From contig NC_134025.1 in the NCBI RefSeq assembly GCF_964204645.1, positions 7,378,001 through 7,442,000 on the forward strand: 64,000 nt of DNA. The letters run 5' to 3'. A model generated the notes under the pieces. It saw nothing but the letters and a program-made list of their open reading frames with translations. It was not told the DNA's origin and made no database searches. Shown in pieces: positions 1 through 12,256 of this stretch (the stretch's first letter is position 1; every line of letters starts with the position of its first letter). This DNA comes from Tubulanus polymorphus (lineage: Eukaryota; Animalia; Nemertea). The translations under genes were made by a program, and so were the position numbers.

Positions 1-705
1 CAATGATGTATTAGGCAAACTTGTGCCAATTCCTAAATCCAAACCGTTACCAGCAAAAGCTTGTCCAAGTGTAGAAATAGTCGCGGTTGGTGGATTCAGT
101 GTTTTTCTCTTTCTTGGGTGCCCCTCCTCTGGTATCATGTCTGGAGGCAATTCATTACCTTAAGAAATACAATTCATTTTTTGAATTCATATTCCATTTC
201 ATACAAATCGTATCCAAAAAATTATTAACTCACCATGTTGTGCTCTGTGTTCAGCCAATTTAGCATCCAACATATTACAGATTTTGTCTCCTGTAGAAAT
301 TTTTTGATAACAATCATGGCAAAGAAATTGATGATATTAATTGTACATGCGATTGACTATTTGGAAAACTTACCAAAGAATTTCAGGTGCTTGCAATCTT
401 TCCCAGATGGCAAGTAGAGGGGATACTTTTGTAAGTTGCTCAGGGCCTGAAATTAGAGAAAAACACTTTTTTGGTACAGTTCCCTGGGAACATTCCAGTT
501 TAGCCAATAGTTCAAATAACTGAAAAAGCAATAATATCATCAAAGAAATCATTACCTTGGCATAAGTGTATTGAATTTTGCTTCCAGCATCAGCCGCTTC
601 ATCTCTCCACTCTTGCAACCATTGACAAAAAAGTGGATTCGGACAATCAACCCTTTTTTTCTTCCTTTTTCCAATTAACTGTGATGGACTGTATGTTACG
701 CTCAT
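1..705 (-). CDS. MUS81: Crossover junction endonuclease MUS81, 5' exons only (gene continues beyond the left edge)
   Basis: Manual splicing of exons 705-556, 446-374, ~291-235 and ~158-1 gives MSVTYSPSQLIGKRKKKRVDCPNPLFCQWLQEWRDEA...YAK/ALSNLQKYPLYLPSGKDCKHLKFFG/DKICNMLDAKL. This matches the MUS81 N-terminal HhH region (CPNPLF..WL.EWRDEA; L..YPL.L.SGK). Confidence 0.92.
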
Positions 706-929
706 CTTGCCCTCGGGGTCATTTATAGCTGAAAAGGTACAATATTATAGGCCTAATGGGATGCGGATGGTAAAATCAAAATGCTTTTTAAAAAGAACAC
801 ATTCAAGCTCTCTTCTCTTCTTCTTCCGATATCTGTCAACATCAACTGGTTGATGAAACACAGTGTATAGGTGTGCGCAAATAAATATATACAGACATTA
901 CTAATAAATTTAGTATTAATATAATAATT

Positions 930-1020
930 GGCTCGTTGGCGAGTTTATACAATAGTGTGAGTCTGGCCTGTCTTCTTCTTTCCTGTAGTGACTGCCAATA
1001 CTCTCTATACTCCACTCCAG
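930..1020 (-). mobile_element. Short relic of a non-LTR retrotransposon ORF2 C-terminus in the MUS81 5'-UTR intron
   Basis: Translation WQSLQERRRQARLTLLYK resembles the W.SL..RR...RL..LYK motif that ends CR1/L2-type ORF2 proteins. No RT domain remains. Confidence 0.55.
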
Positions 1021-1199
1021 AGCAGAGGGAGCATAGCTGGCCCATATTACATAACAAACGATATTGATAAACATATAACTTTTTCGAGTCACATTTTCCA
1101 TTATATGCACAGTAAATTTTCAATCTTACCTCTTGACTACAAAACTGATGTCATGGATTCATTAGTGATGAAAAATCTCTTCACATTTCCCACCAATAA

Positions 1200-1418
1200 T
1201 CTGTAGTAATCGACGGTAGTTGAGCGAGGGACTCGTATAACGCATTTAACAGTTAGTTTTGTTCAAAAACTGAAGAACCATGCTCGAGCCGGCGTTGAAC
1301 TTCTCGCGTCTGGTCTGCACCCAAAATTGACATTACTTCATTACTTCCGGGTTTCTGTCAAATTTGTTTATACTTTTTTCATAAATCCGCGATTCCATCG
1401 AATAATTCCTAGTAAAGC
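1200..1418. promoter_or_regulatory. Bidirectional promoter region, MUS81 / BBS1
   Basis: A minus-strand donor (AG|GTAAG) near 1128 implies a MUS81 non-coding exon, and the BBS1 ATG is at 1419. Between them is a short CpG-richer island with an ETS-like ACTTCCGG at ~1343. Confidence 0.55.
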
Positions 1419-4400
1419 ATGTCGGAGACAGCGGGCAGTAAGCAGAGCCTGATGACCAGTACCGAAGAGAGTGAATCGATTAAAAGGTGACCCACTGAAA
1501 ATCTGAAACGAACTAACTTAGGCCTAAAAAAACAAGAAAGTGTAGATTCAATTCAATTCATACTTTATTGCCCCTTTATAAAAACATTGCAGGTATAAAG
1601 GTGCCAATTCTACATCAAAAAAAGTCAGAGAAATCAAAGGCACATTGCAAACATTATCAAAATCTCAGGATGAAGTACATTAAATGAAAATTCCGGTATT
1701 ACCCGACATTCTAGTGAGAAAAAAGAAAACAGGCTATTGGCGCATTGATGGACAGATACATACAAATATAGCCAGGGTATTGAAGCGAGCTTTAGAAAAA
1801 ACTATTGCTGTTTATTTATTATTACATTTGTGCTATGTACAATAACGAATTCAAGTTAATTTTATTCATTCGATTTTAAGTCTGCTGGGGTCAGTTCCAT
1901 AGTCATGGCTTAAAATTAAGACCAATTTAAGACCATCTTAGTTCTATAACCAATCTAATAACTTAAGACCAGTCTTAAAATTTAAGAATGAGGAACCTGC
2001 CTTGATGATGATTCTTCTATTTTCAGTCATGAAGGCAATAAGAAATGGCTGAATGCTTATTACGATCCGGTGTCATCATTGTATACATTTACTCAATGTA
2101 TAGCATTAACGGATATATCAGGTGATGGTGAATCTAAACTTGTCATCGCCGATTTGGGTTCTGGATCATTTGATATGAAGCTCAAAGTTTATAAAGGTAT
2201 TACCACCAGGGCCATACTTAGCATTTTAATTTTAATGGGCAGAGAAACCCAAAGGGCAGTATTCAAAAATCTCTGGGGGAGCAACTGCCCCCTGCTAGAT
2301 ACAGCCCTGTCTGCAGAATAAACTGTTGATATTCGATGTTGGCTATTGATTTTTTGAGGATTATGATCATGAAGGGTTTATTGTTTATTTCGAGTTCTGC
2401 CATTTTTGTGGCTGTATTTTAGGTACCACCCTTGTATCAGAAAATGCTCTAATCGATTTGCCTACCGGAGTAGTAACATTTTATATGGATACAAATGAAC
2501 CGAGAACTCCAGGTGAGTAAAGATGAACTGGGAGCATCATCTCCCGTTGATTTAATTTGTAGATAAAACTTCCCAAATTTTAACAATTATGATTGAGCTT
2601 AAATACTTCAGACATAATTTTTGATTGAGATTTACATGGTGAAAAAAACCCAACCAACAGTCAGTTGTTATATTTAGGAAAGCCAGTTTAAAAGGAACAC
2701 TTGTCAATACTATGTGTTCTAAAAATCATTTCAAAATGTTTATATGCAATCATCTTTCAGCTGTTGCCGTTGCCTCTGGTCCATTTATTTATGTGTACAA
2801 AAACTTGCGTCCATACTTCAAATTTACGCTCCCCACTCTAGAAGTGAATCAAGTTGAACAAGATGTCTGGAATCAAGCCAAGGAGGTACAACTCGTAATC
2901 AATAGCTGGCTGAATGTTTTTTTTTTTTCGAAAAGTTTGTTGACCATTTTCTGATTCCAATCTTATCTTGATTTTAGGGAGAAATTGATGTGACAATTTT
3001 ACGTGATATGTTGGATGGAATGAGGTTTGTAGACTCCATACCGGTTTTAACTCAGTATGATTATTTCCATTGTGAATGGGGGTATATATTTTCATCACTT
3101 GATATATGTACAGGTGTGACGGTGCTAGGTTAACAACTAGATCACTGAAATTTCTGCAACTTGAACCACATGAACTTGAGTCATTCGCAAATGCACATAA
3201 GATAGCAACACTTAAAAGACAGGTAACTGAATGGTTTGGATTTTGATTGAGAATACTTTGTAATCGAATAGAGCAAGACATTTTAATTTCAGTAAGGTCT
3301 GGTATTATTCGATACTTCTATCAACTTTTTGTTTTTGTAGACTGTGATTACGTGTTTATCTACAATGAACAAGTCTATGGCTGAGGATGATGCGATCAGT
3401 TGCCTTATTTTAGGTACGGAGGATAGCGCCATCTACGTGCTTGATCCTGAAGCATTCACTGTTCTCGCAACTGTAAGTATCCATCCATAGAAAAAAGAAT
3501 TTCTAATGAAGCATTATATTAAAGGGTGTATAATGTTGATGTGTTTTCAGATGTCGTTGCCCAGTATACCGGTATTTCTCAGTGTGTCCGGTATTTACGA
3601 TGTTGAATTCAGATTAATCGTTGCTTGTCGTAATGGAGGAATTTATACATTCAAAAGGTAGGCCTACAAAAATAGAGTTTTTGTATGATGTGTGAGTAAT
3701 GTACAGAATCAAATGAACTATTGTATATTTTATAGAGGAAGTAAAACGGGTAAACTGTGTATTGAACTGGATTCACACCCAGTTGGTCTTGTCAAGTATG
3801 GTAAAAATTTTATTGTTGGCTGCATGGATCAAACACTTAAGTGTTTCACTACAAAGGTAGGCCTAATACATTTACGCACATTTGTTAGATCTCAATCTCC
3901 ATCATTTCCATAATTTCCATCAGTTGATCGAATGAATCTATAACGTTATTCATGTAATATGCCTCATATTAGGGAAAGAAATTGTGGACTGTGAAATTAG
4001 GAGCAAACATTATGACCATAGAATGCATGGATTATAAACCGAAGGGTTTGAAAGCTGTGTTAGTAGCATTGGATAACTGTGAAGTGCACATTTATAAAGA
4101 CAAATATCTAGTCAACACAATCAAAACAGAAGATGTTGTGACCGGTTTAAAGTTTGGCAAGTTTGGCAGAGAAGATGGTACAATGATTATGACAACTAAA
4201 GGTAGTTTTAGCTTGAAAATACAGAGTTATTTTTGAGAAACTATAATCGTACTGATCTAACGGTAATGTCTTTGTAGGCGGTGGGTTGATCGTGAAGATC
4301 TTGAAACGAACAGCAACATTTGAAGAAAAAGATATCTGTTCAGGACCACCGGTGTCACAGAGCATCAAACTGAATGTACCAAAGAAAACAAAATTATTCG

Positions 4401-5403
4401 TCGATCAAACGATGAGAGAACGAGAAAATGCTGTTGGTAGGTTTCAAATGTGTATGAACAATCTAATTCTCTAATCTTTGTCTCACAGTTCATATGCATA
4501 CTTTTTCAGCAATGCATCGAGCATTTCAACATGATTTGTACCGATTACGATTGAATACTGCGCGCGGATATGTGAAAGCTCTCGAAACTAGTAATACTCC
4601 AATATCGACAGATGCTGCTGAACCGCTCAAATTAAGCGCTCAGGTACTTCAGCAGATTCATTGAATATTACATATTATTCAATTTAATTTGAAAACGTAG
4701 TTTATGTTATTGAGGGAATTTTCCTGCCTTTCAGGTTCAAGGTATTGGTCCTTCGTTTAAGCTGACAGTCAACCTGCAAAATACGTCGTTAAATATTCCA
4801 TCCATGCATCTACTGATCACATTTCAGTGCGACGATAAATTGTACAACATTCTCAAACCTAACATTTCTGTAAGTTATATGACTCCCATATGGTCAGACT
4901 AGTTGGCTTCTGGTTGATCCAAATATGATAGTATGAGAGTATTTCTGTTGTTTCATAGGTTCCAATGTTAGTGCCAGGATTGAGTTATGCATTTCAAACA
5001 TTTATTGAGTGTCTCAGCGATAAAGGCATTTCAGATGCTATAAAGGTACGTACAAATTTCTTTAATCAATATTCTTCCTCTCAGAACTGGGCCATTTATC
5101 TACAAACCCACTTTCTTTGTGAACTATGAGCCTTTTTATCATTTCTCAAGTAGTGATAAAAAATGTCAGATGATTTCTTACTGGCTTATATCACTAGAAA
5201 AGATAAACTTCATGTCGATTAAAAAGGTCATAATCTGTGACACATTTAATTTCAGTTTTGTTGAATCACCAGCTATGTTAAGTCCCTGAAAGGTTGCTTA
5301 TTCATTTTCATTTCAGGTCTTCGTTTTACGTCAAGGCAAAAGCGTCCCTATTATAACTGCAGTAATTAATATGCCAGTTAGTGAAAGTATTGTGGTTGTG
5401 TAA
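1419..5403 (+). CDS. BBS1: Bardet-Biedl syndrome 1 protein (BBSome subunit), multi-exon, complete
   Basis: Exons encode [109 protein letters not shown] and C-terminal [16 protein letters not shown] at 1419, TAA at 5401-5403, canonical splice sites. Confidence 0.96.
1548..1612 (-). mobile_element. 3' tail of a LINE-like element in BBS1 intron 1
   Basis: On the minus strand, AATAAA is followed by a (TGAAT)n microsatellite tail, the typical end of CR1/L2-type elements. Confidence 0.45.
1887..2001. mobile_element. MITE of a family with GG(G/A)(T/C)CAGTT(C/G)C ends (PIF/Harbinger-like), copy 1
   Basis: ggggtcagttcc...ggaacctgcc inverted termini with internal TTAAGACC repeats. Related copies at 7938, 22286, 51431 and ~62216. 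Confidence 0.6.
2207..2309. mobile_element. Small hAT-like MITE in a BBS1 intron
   Basis: CAGGGC...GCCCTG termini and an internal GGGGG/CCCCC palindrome. Confidence 0.5.
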
Positions 5404-5722
5404 TAACTTTTAAATACAATATGTATTCAAAAACCGTCCAGAAAGATTATGAATCTCCAAATCTCTACAATACACTTTGGATTGAAGATTATTCTATTTT
5501 CAGTAACAGTGTTTTAAAAAACCTTATCCGTCCTCTCATTTGCAAGATCATGTTGATGTGTACTATGTGGTGAGGAAAGAGTTGTTTATCATATCATTTT
5601 GTTAGCATTCTTGAATAAAGTTGTATCTATTGCACTGAACTTTTATTGTACAGAATAATGCATATTTGTGTATAAAGAGACTTAGATCTCCGTTATAACG
5701 AATGAAAAGTTGTTTTGTAAAG

Positions 5723-5848
5723 CAGGGTCCCTACGACTCCTTGATTCCTTGAAAAACTTCATCTTAACCAAAAATGTTTTTCAAGGTCCTTGGATATCCT
5801 TGAATTTGAGCAAACTGCCCAAAAGTCCTTGAAAGCTCCTTGAATTTT
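5723..5848. repeat. hAT-like MITE fragment with tandem (T)CCTTGAA units
   Basis: Starts CAGGGT and has about six irregularly spaced CCTTG(A/G) units plus one inverted copy. Confidence 0.55.
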
Positions 5849-6196
5849 GAGAAATTAGCAATTAGAAAATATTTAGGTTTTATGCCTAGTTATTACCGGA
5901 TATACAATAGTTATTAGTGGATATACAAACAGATTCCACTGAATTAAATGGTTAACCGAGATAAAACCGTACTGATTTAGAAGGAGTCTACAGTAATTGG
6001 GATATGAAAATGATGCCGACACTCCTCGAAATTTGAAATTTTCCTTTGAATTCTGCAATGATCTGTTAAGATAGACGGATTGACAATAAATGTGAATTAA
6101 TTTGTAAACCTAAGTACCGGTATTCTGAGTTTTTTGGTCGAAACGGAAATCTTTGAAGGGCTTTATTTGTTAAAGCACAGTTTAGAAGAAAATAGT

Positions 6197-6243
6197 GATA
6201 AGGAAACATCTTATCAGTGGTCATGTGCTGTCTAGGTATAAAA
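6197..6243 (+). promoter_or_regulatory. Core promoter of the ependymin-related gene: paired GATA sites, M-box, TATA box
   Basis: GATAAG at 6197, CTTATC at 6210, GTCATGTG at 6220-6227 and TATAAAA at 6237-6243, about 65 nt upstream of the ATG. Confidence 0.55.
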
Positions 6244-6305
6244 CGACTGTTCCGGGTCGTTCCAGGTGTCTTTGAATAATTCTTATCAAGAAGACTGTCG
6301 TTAAC

Positions 6306-7600
6306 ATGCATGTCCTGATATATCTAGCAGGATTTCTGGCCTTCGCTGCTGCCCAGGCTCCAAAACCTTGTGGTAAGACGATATTTCTATCGATCTAATA
6401 TTAAAAAACATCGTTTGTGTGTACTGTGCATAGAAAAAGGCGTGGATAAATATTCAAACCAATTTAAACATATTTTCAAATGTAGAGAATTCTGGTTTCT
6501 AAACTATTCGAGAATAAGAAGAAAATATAAAAACGTTACAAAATAAAATAACCTTTTGGATTTTAATATGTAATCATCGTAAGTTTGCATCATTTGTATT
6601 TGTTTCACTTTCATTTGTTTCACTTTATACATAGATGCACCAGTTCGAATGGAAGCAAAAATCATTACAGTAAGTATATTGATATATTCTAAAGTAGTCT
6701 GAATACCAGTCGTTGTTACCGGTTCCCAACAACCGTAGAACGACGGCTAGGTTCTAGACTAATTCTAAAGCAATTAGAATGACACCTGACAGAACGAATC
6801 ACGTGAATAAGAAGATTGAATTATTTTTTAGTTGGACCTAAGTAAAAAGTTCGAATCACGTGCCCGTTACACCTATGACGCGGTGTACCGCCGTGAAAGG
6901 ATCGTTGATGAAGTTAATATCGTCGACAAGAAAGAATACTACGATATTATTCGTCTGCACGATGTCGTAAGTTTTTGCTTCGAAGTTCACAATCTGATAT
7001 ATAATTTCGAACCGATATTGAGATTCCGTTACCATTATAGACTTAATTGTTAAATTACTTTCCAGGGCAAGGAATATCGCCTGAATTTGAAGACCAAAAT
7101 TTGTCAAACTGTACCGATTACTACTCCATGGAGGGCTATTGAAATTCCACGCAATGCCACGAATTACGGTGAAGCATTTATTGGATCGTCATCGTCGTTT
7201 GCTGATGGAGTTTTAGTGCAAATCTGGGGCGGAGATACCCCTGAAGGTACGATAGATAGATAGATACAAATTGAGATTAAGAGTATTCGCGAAGTATATG
7301 CTATTTATTTTCCTTACCATATAGAATAATGTTATTGTTATCAATTTTTCTGTAGGCCGTTATTTAGGAGTATGGACTCTGAAAGATTGTATTCCAATTC
7401 ATGACACCTTTATTAGCAAACGTTTTGGGCTTATTCAAACCAGGTAAGAGCTTGTGCGTGATATTTGAGTGTATTACGAAAATATCTTATTGTAGTTAAG
7501 AATAAGGTTATTGTTTATTTTCTCAAATTTCAGTTTGTTTGATGTTGTGCTTGGAATCGTAGATCCAAACGTTTTCATACCACCGAAGGAATGTCATTAG
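6306..7600 (+). CDS. Ependymin-related protein (EPDR/MERP family), secreted or lysosomal, 6 exons
   Basis: Signal peptide MHVLIYLAGFLAFAAAQAPKPC, then DAPVRMEAKII, YTYDAVYRRERIVDE...YYDIIRLHD, GKEYRLNLKTKIC...PWRAIEIPRNATNYGEAFIGS, GVWTLKDCIP and LFDVVLGIVDPNVFIPPKEC*. Shows the ependymin cysteine pattern and the DP.VF.PP..C end. Confidence 0.92.
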
Positions 7601-7937
7601 GGAGAATGAATTTATTTTGCGACGTCAAGGCCAAGCATTTTCAGCACTGCGGGTACAAGGCGCTAGGTTGTGGCAGTTGATGATTGGAATATGTTAAACT
7701 TCGAGATTCCGATTCTATTGGTTAATGTAGAAAATAAATCAATTTGCAATACTTTAGTTTCTTTTCTGAATCTTCGTTTTGAATGATCAATTCGCCACTC
7801 CAATTCGCTGGAACGAAATTCGATCGAAATGGGTTCACGGGAAATTCTCTAAGTAGGTCTATCTGTTTAAAGAATTAAGGATCGTCATCTAAACTATTGT
7901 TAATCGAAACAAAAAATGTATCCTAATTATAGTTCTT

Positions 7938-8048
7938 GGACCAGTTCCACAGTTCCGAGTTAAGATTTGACTCTGAGTTAACTCATTGAAAATGATCTAA
8001 AAGTTTAACTCGGCGTTAACTCTAACTCACAACTGTGGAACCGAGTCC
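7938..8048. mobile_element. MITE, Harbinger-like family copy 2
   Basis: ggaccagttccacagtt...aactgtggaaccgagtcc inverted termini with internal GAGTTA/TAACTC repeats. Confidence 0.65.
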
Positions 8049-8124
8049 TAAATATGTCAATAAACCGAGCGGGACAACTGCTCTTTTTTATGTTTGATTC
8101 CCGAGTACGGACCACAGGGACTTG

Positions 8125-9730
8125 TCACAGTGAATGAATACAACCAGTATCAATGGCCAACACCCCCCCCCCCCATGTTCCAGTCGTCGTCGGCGTCGTC
8201 GTCGTCGTCATTTTTGTACACGACTAGTTAAAAATGTTGATATCAATAATCTATCATTTCGAGTTTAGATTTTAAAGAATAATAAAGTTATCTATATATA
8301 GTTAATAAGTTCTAATAGTTTTTTAGAGAAAGACTTGAGATTAGTTATTCATACTCAAGTTATCTAAATAAGTTTTTCTCAGTTATTTCCACATTGATAA
8401 AAAAATGTGATATCAATATTTAGATATAGCATGAATATTATAAATTAAGTGTCGTTTTTGATATTTTGTTCTGTTCCGGTACACATCCATGCTGTAGTTG
8501 GGTTCCACTTTTCTTCTTGACATGCTGTTGTTGCTAATCGGATCCCGTTGCAGGTTCGGTCCTTTTTAATTTTATGTAATTCTCTACGCATTGAACCCGA
8601 TCATTTACATTGGTAAATATCACTCTTATTGGACGTGGTCTCGTTTGATTTTCATTGCCAATTCTTCTGATGTCTCTTAATTAAGTTGACTGCACCAAGT
8701 TTAATGATACCATTTAAAAATCTTTCCACCCGAGAAGTGTCGTCACAAAGTAATCTTATTATCTGATTCAGGTATGTTATATATGATAATGTGTGACCGT
8801 CTCTCATCATTGGAAGAGCTATTTGAAACACTGATTTCCTCAGTCCATGTTTGTGTTGAAGTGTTAAATCCAGCTTCCATTTTATGGGGAGATTTCTTGA
8901 AGACCATATTTTCACTCTCAATCTGCTTAATAATTTGAAAGAATATCGAGATTTTTTAAGTTCGTATATCCAATAGTCTACTATGGGTCTCAATTTTTGC
9001 TCTGATGTCAGCTATGCATTTATTTGTTTTATAGCTTTCTTTTGCAGAAACTTCTTGTATTTTGGTAATCCGGGATTCTAAAATTTCTATAGCGTTAAAG
9101 AATATTTCTCCATCTCTTGAAATTTCTGCTCAGTTTTAAAATCAGTCAAACATCGACTTCACAGATATTTTACCGGCAGATTCTCTGCATTTTCAGCTGC
9201 GTTGGAGCCGTTATTACGATCTCTTTTTTTCAAAATTAAACAGACGGTTACATTTAGAACATGGTACAAAGTTTCCCCATTCATCATCTTCTTCTAGTGT
9301 TGAATCAAAATCACTGTCCAGTTCTGCTAGACTCTCAGCAAACTTCAGAGCTCCTTCATGAATTTGCCCTATTTTGTCACAGCCCTTTACCTCAGTTGCC
9401 ATGGTTTCCCTTGCCTGAAGTGGTTGCTGACTGGTGGTTGCTAAGTTGCTTGGATGATTTCCCACAGATTTCACTTTTTAATCACTCATAGATTTTCTTA
9501 GGGAAGATCGTAGTTGTTGTAGCAATATTGAAAAGAATCCCTGTGTATTATTTAACATTTTCAGATAGATGGCAGGAAGATGTTGTTTCTGTTAAATATG
9601 TAGAAGTTACATGGAGTTTAGATGTTCATTCTTCCTTCCATCCCTATGGGCACGTATCGGACAAAAACACTTTTTCATTCAGGGACACTGGGGTTGGTCA
9701 TTGATACTGGTTTTATTCTTCGGACCGTGA
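8125..9730 (-). mobile_element. ~1.6 kb TIR-bounded element carrying a decayed LINE-ORF1-like sequence
   Basis: Imperfect inverted termini: tcacagtgaatgaatacaaccagtatcaatggccaac versus the reverse-complemented right end tcacggtccgaagaataaaaccagtatcaatgaccaac. Flanks are ACTTG and ACTTA. Minus-strand relics CSKCNRLF...YL*SRC (PHD-like) and RDIRRIGNENQTRPRPIRVIF (ORF1-like), with many stops and frameshifts. Confidence 0.6.
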
Positions 9731-10275
9731 ACTTATCAAAAGATACCATGCATGTACAGCGATACTGGAGAATCAGTACGATAACTTAGAAATATTGTTT
9801 TGCATTCTATTGACTAAGTGTAAGTGCACGCTCCCCGCCAACCACGCAGCAAACAGTTAAATATGGGACTCGAACCCGTCAGCTCGGTTCAACGCGACTC
9901 TGGCACGTCAGATGACAGTTTGAAACTTATTTCTCAAGGTCGTCGACAAAATTATTATTTCCGCTAGTTTTTTAAAATTATTATCTCATTATTAAATTAC
10001 TTGAAACAGGAAGGACCAAAATTGGTGAATCGATTACCGTCTTATAATAAGGTCACTTCTCTGAAAGGTACTTTGACGTCATTTACCAACTCGATTAGAG
10101 AATATCGGGCGCAACTTGTTTTGTTAATCTTGTCGTCGTTTCTTTTATTAGTTACCCACGGCCACCACCCACACAGGGCCAGGCTGAGGGGGTCTAATTA
10201 AGATAACTACAGACACGTTTTTGCCAGTATTAGACCTTCATACACAAATCGAGCAAGTTTGCTGAGCCTCAGCAA

Positions 10276-11614
10276 AGACCAAAGTGCCCGGTCATCCTTA
10301 TTACCGAGATGACGTATTTTACCGAGATCAACCGAGATGAAATGAAATATATAGGCCTAACATATTTATTTATTCCTTATCGATTTTAACACTTGAAATC
10401 ATATTATATCAGTAATTAATACCCGCTGGAGTCATATTTTACATATTTTGTCGGATATTTTTGTAGAAAAATAACTTTTAGCTTTACCGAGATGAGATCG
10501 TCGATCAATCAAATTCAATGAAATTTTATTGCTAACCGAGATTACGTATTTGAAGTCAAATTTTTTTTACAAAATATCCGGAAAAATATTACTCTAGAAG
10601 GTATTTATTACTGATATAATATGATTTCAAATGTTAAAATCGATAAGGATTAAATCAATATGTTATGTTTCATTTCATCTCGGTTGATCTCGGTTCATCT
10701 CAGTAAATTACGTCATCTCGGTAATTAGTCAGTAACCTGTCTGTGGTTTAGTTTCACGATCGGATATTTTCACAAACCACAGTCAGGAATGGGAACGTCA
10801 TTTTTGTATGAAATCTTCGTCAGCCAATTTGACTGACGAGTAATTTGCCTGGCATTTCATTGTCTCTTAAGATATCCGTCTAATTTTTGTTGTAATCGAC
10901 GCACAACAGATTCGTAGTTTGTCTGATACCTATAACACCTCACCTGACGATCTTAATCCATGTGCAAATCGGCCGTAAAGTGAGAGTACATTTCCGTGGG
11001 TCAACAGCTGCCATTTTGAAAATTACTGTAGGTGCTAGCACCTGTGGACTGAGGCGAGGACAACAGCACAAACTAACAAAGCGAAACGACGAAATTGAAA
11101 AAAATTAAGAAATCAACACTTATTCACATTTTTCTTTTACCAGAATTTATTATTTCATTATTTATTATGGAAAACATGAAGATTTGAAATATAAGTTGGA
11201 AAACCAGCAAAAATAAAAATTGTCGTTTCGTCTTGGAAGTTTTATATAAATCCTTGTAGGTCCCCTTGTCTTATCATGCCACATGTGCAATTCAGAGAAA
11301 TGGCGGCCAATGGCGAAATTGGTGGAGAAATTAATTAATTTCTCAAAATAATGTTGATTAATCACTCGAAACATACATAAAATTTGATTATTTCGAAAGG
11401 TACCTGTGTTAGTTTGTGAATTAAGCCATTAATTGTGGACTGAAGTGAATAGAAAGTATATTTTTGAAGTGTTACTTTTTTCAACCGTGTTTTGGTCCTT
11501 GTCATCCCTAACGTTGGTATAAGCCCATCCGATTATAAAAAGCTTACCACCAACGATTAGGTAACTAACAACTCGGTAATAAGGATGACCCCTTCGCAGG
11601 TTGCACTTTGGTCT
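10276..11614. mobile_element. Non-autonomous DNA transposon, Kolobok-like (AG...CT ends, TTAA at right flank)
   Basis: Left end agaccaaagtgc..ggtcatccttattaccgag is inverted at the right end as ctcggtaataaggatgacc..gcactttggtct|TTAA. No coding capacity. Confidence 0.6.
10300..10725. repeat. Long fold-back palindrome (~170-nt arms) rich in ACCGAGAT units
   Basis: 10300-~10480 is reverse-complemented at ~10550-10725, e.g. ccttatcgattttaacacttgaaatcatattatatcagtaat versus attactgatataatatgatttcaaatgttaaaatcgataagg. Confidence 0.85.
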
Positions 11615-11949
11615 TTAATCTTGGGTCATTTGAGTGATGTACTTCTAGAAGTACATCAATGATCACTCAACCATTTGCTATAATAATTCAATTCTTTAGA
11701 CTTTATAGGCCTAACTGCTCTATCTTATCTGATGAACTTTTTGCTTATTTCCACACTCTCTCAACAGGGACTCAGAAATATGAAAGCACCTTCCCACTGC
11801 CTTACCCCAAATCCCCCACAAAAAATTTTCAGTGCTTATGATCCTAGCGTCCGAGAACCCCTAATAGTGCGAGTACCGGTACTTCGCCTATTAGGCCCCT
11901 CCCTATTTCGAGGCGCCCCACGCCTCTCTTTATAACATGGAAAATGTAA

Positions 11950-12085
11950 AACTTTCTGCCTATTTCCCTTTCTAGTATGATTTTCCTTTCACTCCTCTTC
12001 CCAATATTTCCTCAATATTTTTTCTTTCTCTTTACACTAATGATTGTGCTTTCTAATTCTATGGTAAACTTGAACTTGAACTTGT
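11950..12085 (+). mobile_element. Probable LINE 3' end
   Basis: Pyrimidine-rich tract ending in an (AACTTG)3 tail. Confidence 0.35.
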
Positions 12086-12256
12086 TAAAGAAGTTGTTAT
12101 AGTAATCCACTCCTCTTGGCACGTAAATTACTTCTTAATTAATTTTTGTCACTTCTTAATAGGTAATTTTCTTGTAGGTAGAGAGTAGAGCGCCCGGAAA
12201 CAGAACTGAACAAAGGAGAGTAACGCAAGACTGCTGCATTTATCTAGAAAATAGTG

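Noticed and set aside
5723-5848. CRISPR-like repeat array
   Set aside because: Eukaryotic context, units only 6-7 nt and irregularly spaced. Better explained as MITE subterminal repeats.
8652-8993. 113-aa ORF as a real gene
   Set aside because: Lies in the decayed TIR element, starts at a non-ATG codon, and the recognisable ORF1 motif is in another frame.
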